Origin: a virus
IMG/VR virus record: IMGVR_UViG_3300030060_004277
Location: 27,600 to 91,599 of that record
DNA: 64,000 nt
Direction: 5' to 3' (one strand)
Under the pieces are notes generated by a model, which saw only the letters and a list, made by a program, of their open reading frames with translations, had not been told where the DNA came from and did no database searches. Below, piece by piece: positions 61,618 through 64,000 of this stretch. The translations under genes and the position numbers were made by a program. Numbering within the stretch: position 1 is the first letter of the stretch; the number at the start of each line of letters is the position of its first letter.

Positions 61618-63279
61618 GTGAGTGGAGAATGCAGAGGCTGGTCCACATGGGACAGGTTCGAGTCGGCAGGGGTGGTCGATAACCACATCGACTTCAGCGA
61701 CAACAAGGTGGTCGTTGACAACGTGCTCGGTAGGACCAAAGACACGATTGGCAAGTGCTTTGCCATCGATGCGGCAGTCGCCTACACTCTGTCCAAGGCT
61801 GGGCCTGATGCCAACCTGACTGTGCAGGACATGGTGAACGAGTACACCAGAACTGCTGCGGCCATGATGAACGGCAGGGTCGGGTATGGCTATGTCTACA
61901 AGACAGGCCATATCGATGGCGAGCACTACACCAGTTGCGGTCACGACGAGATTGATGCAGAGATAGTGCATCTCATGGCACCGTCGTACAATGGACCTGA
62001 GAGTGGGAATACTGGTCAGCCGTACATCCACATCGAGAAGGCTGGATGGAGAGCCACGACGATGAAGGAATTCTTGATATCGAACAGGGCACCTGAGGAC
62101 ATTCAGGCACTGGCATCGTTCAGAGTGGAGAAGGATTCTCTCGATGGGTATAGGCTCATTGACGTGATGATGAGCGAGCACATGAGGCCACTCAAGGAGT
62201 GGATAGAGGGTCACTTCGACTGCAAGACTTGGAAGATGTACGATTCAGCCGACATGGATGCGCACGGAGAGGGAAGTGTGTCTTGGCAATTACTCAGTCC
62301 ACGCATCAGAACGTCGAAAACCAGAGGCGTCTGTGGATGGACACTGGATGGCAGCAACAGGTACTGCACCTACCACGATGCTGACGAAGATACGGATTAT
62401 GATTGGTGGATGGTCAGCAAGAAGGGCAAGAGCAACGAGTTCGTCAAGGTGTGGAACGGTGCGAGGTGCTCCGATGGCTGGAACAGCAACATGTTCAATT
62501 CCAATGGTGAGTGGTATCACAACAGGCAAATCATCCGCTGGTCCGAGGTGAGACGTGCCATCGCCAACAGCATCGACGAAGACGAGGTCAAGAGGCAAAT
62601 CAAGAAGGCGCTCAACAGGATGACCAAGCGCAACAAGAACATCGTCTTGCTGACGGATGGGGAGATGGGTGACGGTGCGCCTGAGTACAGGACATTCAGG
62701 TGGTCTGATTGGAGTTGGCTGGCTGTCATTCAAGCAGCAGTCGCACAGACAAGCAAGAAGAACAGGAAGGAAGGCGACGTAGTCAACGGTTGGAAGTACA
62801 CCAAGATATCCAGCAAGAGGTCATATGGCCACGAGATTGCTGAGTTCCAATGGCAGGCAGACGGTGACATCGAGACTTACATCATCAAAGTGTATCCCAA
62901 GGAAGGTGGGTACTACACCAGCACGAACCCACTGCCCTATCGCTTCAAGACGGCGGAAGAGGCTGTGAAGTTCACCAAGATGCTATCCATGATTGCGACC
63001 AAGGCTGGTGGGATTGCCTTGGACAGGGAGTGGGACAAGACTGCTGGCAAGGATGCACCGATTGGCACTGACAGGCTCAAGGTTCAACCAGTCAAACACG
63101 GAGAGGACATGAAGATGGAGATGACCAAGGACCCTGAGGACCTGCCTTCTCCTACTGATATCTTGCAGAAGGTGTTCTGGGGGCTACCGAACGAGTATGA
63201 GACAGCAGTCGAGAACTTGGAAGGCAAGCCGTTCAAGAAGTACAAGGTGAAGGTGACTGAGACGGAGGTGACAGCATGA
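61618..63279 (+). CDS. 553-aa hypothetical protein
   Basis: Long Trp-rich ORF, no motif recognised. Confidence 0.7.
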   Translation: MSGECRGWSTWDRFESAGVVDNHIDFSDNKVVVDNVLGRTKDTIGKCFAIDAAVAYTLSKAGPDANLTVQDMVNEYTRTAAAMMNGRVGYGYVYKTGHIDGEHYTSCGHDEIDAEIVHLMAPSYNGPESGNTGQPYIHIEKAGWRATTMKEFLISNRAPEDIQALASFRVEKDSLDGYRLIDVMMSEHMRPLKEWIEGHFDCKTWKMYDSADMDAHGEGSVSWQLLSPRIRTSKTRGVCGWTLDGSNRYCTYHDADEDTDYDWWMVSKKGKSNEFVKVWNGARCSDGWNSNMFNSNGEWYHNRQIIRWSEVRRAIANSIDEDEVKRQIKKALNRMTKRNKNIVLLTDGEMGDGAPEYRTFRWSDWSWLAVIQAAVAQTSKKNRKEGDVVNGWKYTKISSKRSYGHEIAEFQWQADGDIETYIIKVYPKEGGYYTSTNPLPYRFKTAEEAVKFTKMLSMIATKAGGIALDREWDKTAGKDAPIGTDRLKVQPVKHGEDMKMEMTKDPEDLPSPTDILQKVFWGLPNEYETAVENLEGKPFKKYKVKVTETEVTA

Positions 63280-64000
63280 ACGAAGGAGGATACCCCGAGG
63301 ACATCGAGGACCTAGTGGAGAACCTGTGGGCTGAGATATCAGACGAGGTGACTGAAGAGAAACTGACGGGCAAGACGCTCAAGAACACAGTGACTCCGAG
63401 CAGACTTACCGGTGTGGCATCCCAGAAAGCCAAGTCCCTTCTCAAGTACATCAGCGAGTTCAAGTCAGGCAGGGGCGAGTGGAGAGCACCAGCGACTGAA
63501 CTGATACTGCTCGAGGATGACTTCGATGTGGTTGATGCGGCATTCAGTAGAGTCGCTGATTCAGCCGACGGCTTCCTGCGCACCTGTCCTGAGTTTGCTC
63601 GGCACGGTGTGCTTGAGTCAATCAGGGTGAGCCGTGACAATCTGAGGAAGCACTGGAAGCATCTCAAGGAGACGATGGAGCGAGAGGATGAGAATGGATG
63701 CCTCATACTCCAGCCCTTCACTGAGGCGACATCCAGTTGTGTGCTTGCACCACGGCAGTATGCGGCAGTCGGTATCAATCATGACGGCATCACTGCTGGG
63801 CATGGCTTCAACCTGTACTTCCACTTGGATGAGAGCGATACGCAACTGTCTGACCACATGGCATCAATCGGTCATCAACATGGCACCTACGAGTTGGAGT
63901 TCATCTCTCAACTCAAGGGTGACAACAACGTCGACAGGCATCCAGACATGGAGATGTACCTGACTCAAGTCAGGGGCGCACCACCACATCCACCGAGAGC
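63276..64000 (+). CDS. Partial ORF, possible ATP-grasp-fold protein
   Basis: MNEGGYPEDI...GFLRTCPEFARHGVLES...LILQPF...ELEF...YLTQVRGAP; open to window end. Confidence 0.5.
   Translation, partial: MNEGGYPEDIEDLVENLWAEISDEVTEEKLTGKTLKNTVTPSRLTGVASQKAKSLLKYISEFKSGRGEWRAPATELILLEDDFDVVDAAFSRVADSADGFLRTCPEFARHGVLESIRVSRDNLRKHWKHLKETMEREDENGCLILQPFTEATSSCVLAPRQYAAVGINHDGITAGHGFNLYFHLDESDTQLSDHMASIGHQHGTYELEFISQLKGDNNVDRHPDMEMYLTQVRGAPPHPPR

Overview
The whole window is part of a tailed dsDNA virus genome (HK97-fold Caudoviricetes). It most likely infects an archaeon: there are GGTGA/GAGGTGA ribosome-binding sites and TATA-type promoters, and the gene content and order resemble marine group II (Poseidoniales) 'magroviruses'. 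That host call is an inference from recalled gene order, not a search. Positions 1-~50950 are a minus-strand late/morphogenesis arm. From right to left it holds: a cluster of small putative head-cargo genes plus an HMG-CoA lyase; an operon with an Arf/Sar1-like small GTPase, three membrane proteins and an AbrB-like regulator; TerS candidate; TerL; a LAGLIDADG protein; portal; a 1730-aa protein with a degenerate DNA-ligase domain; prohead protease/scaffold; major capsid protein; neck; tail tube; tail chaperones with a -1 frameshift; a short tape measure; and a >3979-aa tail-tip protein that runs off the left edge and is missing from the ORF track. A GC-rich, repeat-bearing switch region (~50950-52750) precedes a plus-strand early arm (SNF2 helicase, ArdC-like, DenV-like, many ORFans). 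That arm is punctuated by seven near-identical 20-bp TTGACTATAAAAGGGAATAG elements. The most unusual signals are (1) the GTPase-membrane protein operon, (2) a shared A-W/F-x-x-L-K peptide tag on about ten unrelated late proteins, suggesting a capsid-loading/cleavage signal, and (3) the promoter-repeat cassette architecture of the early arm.
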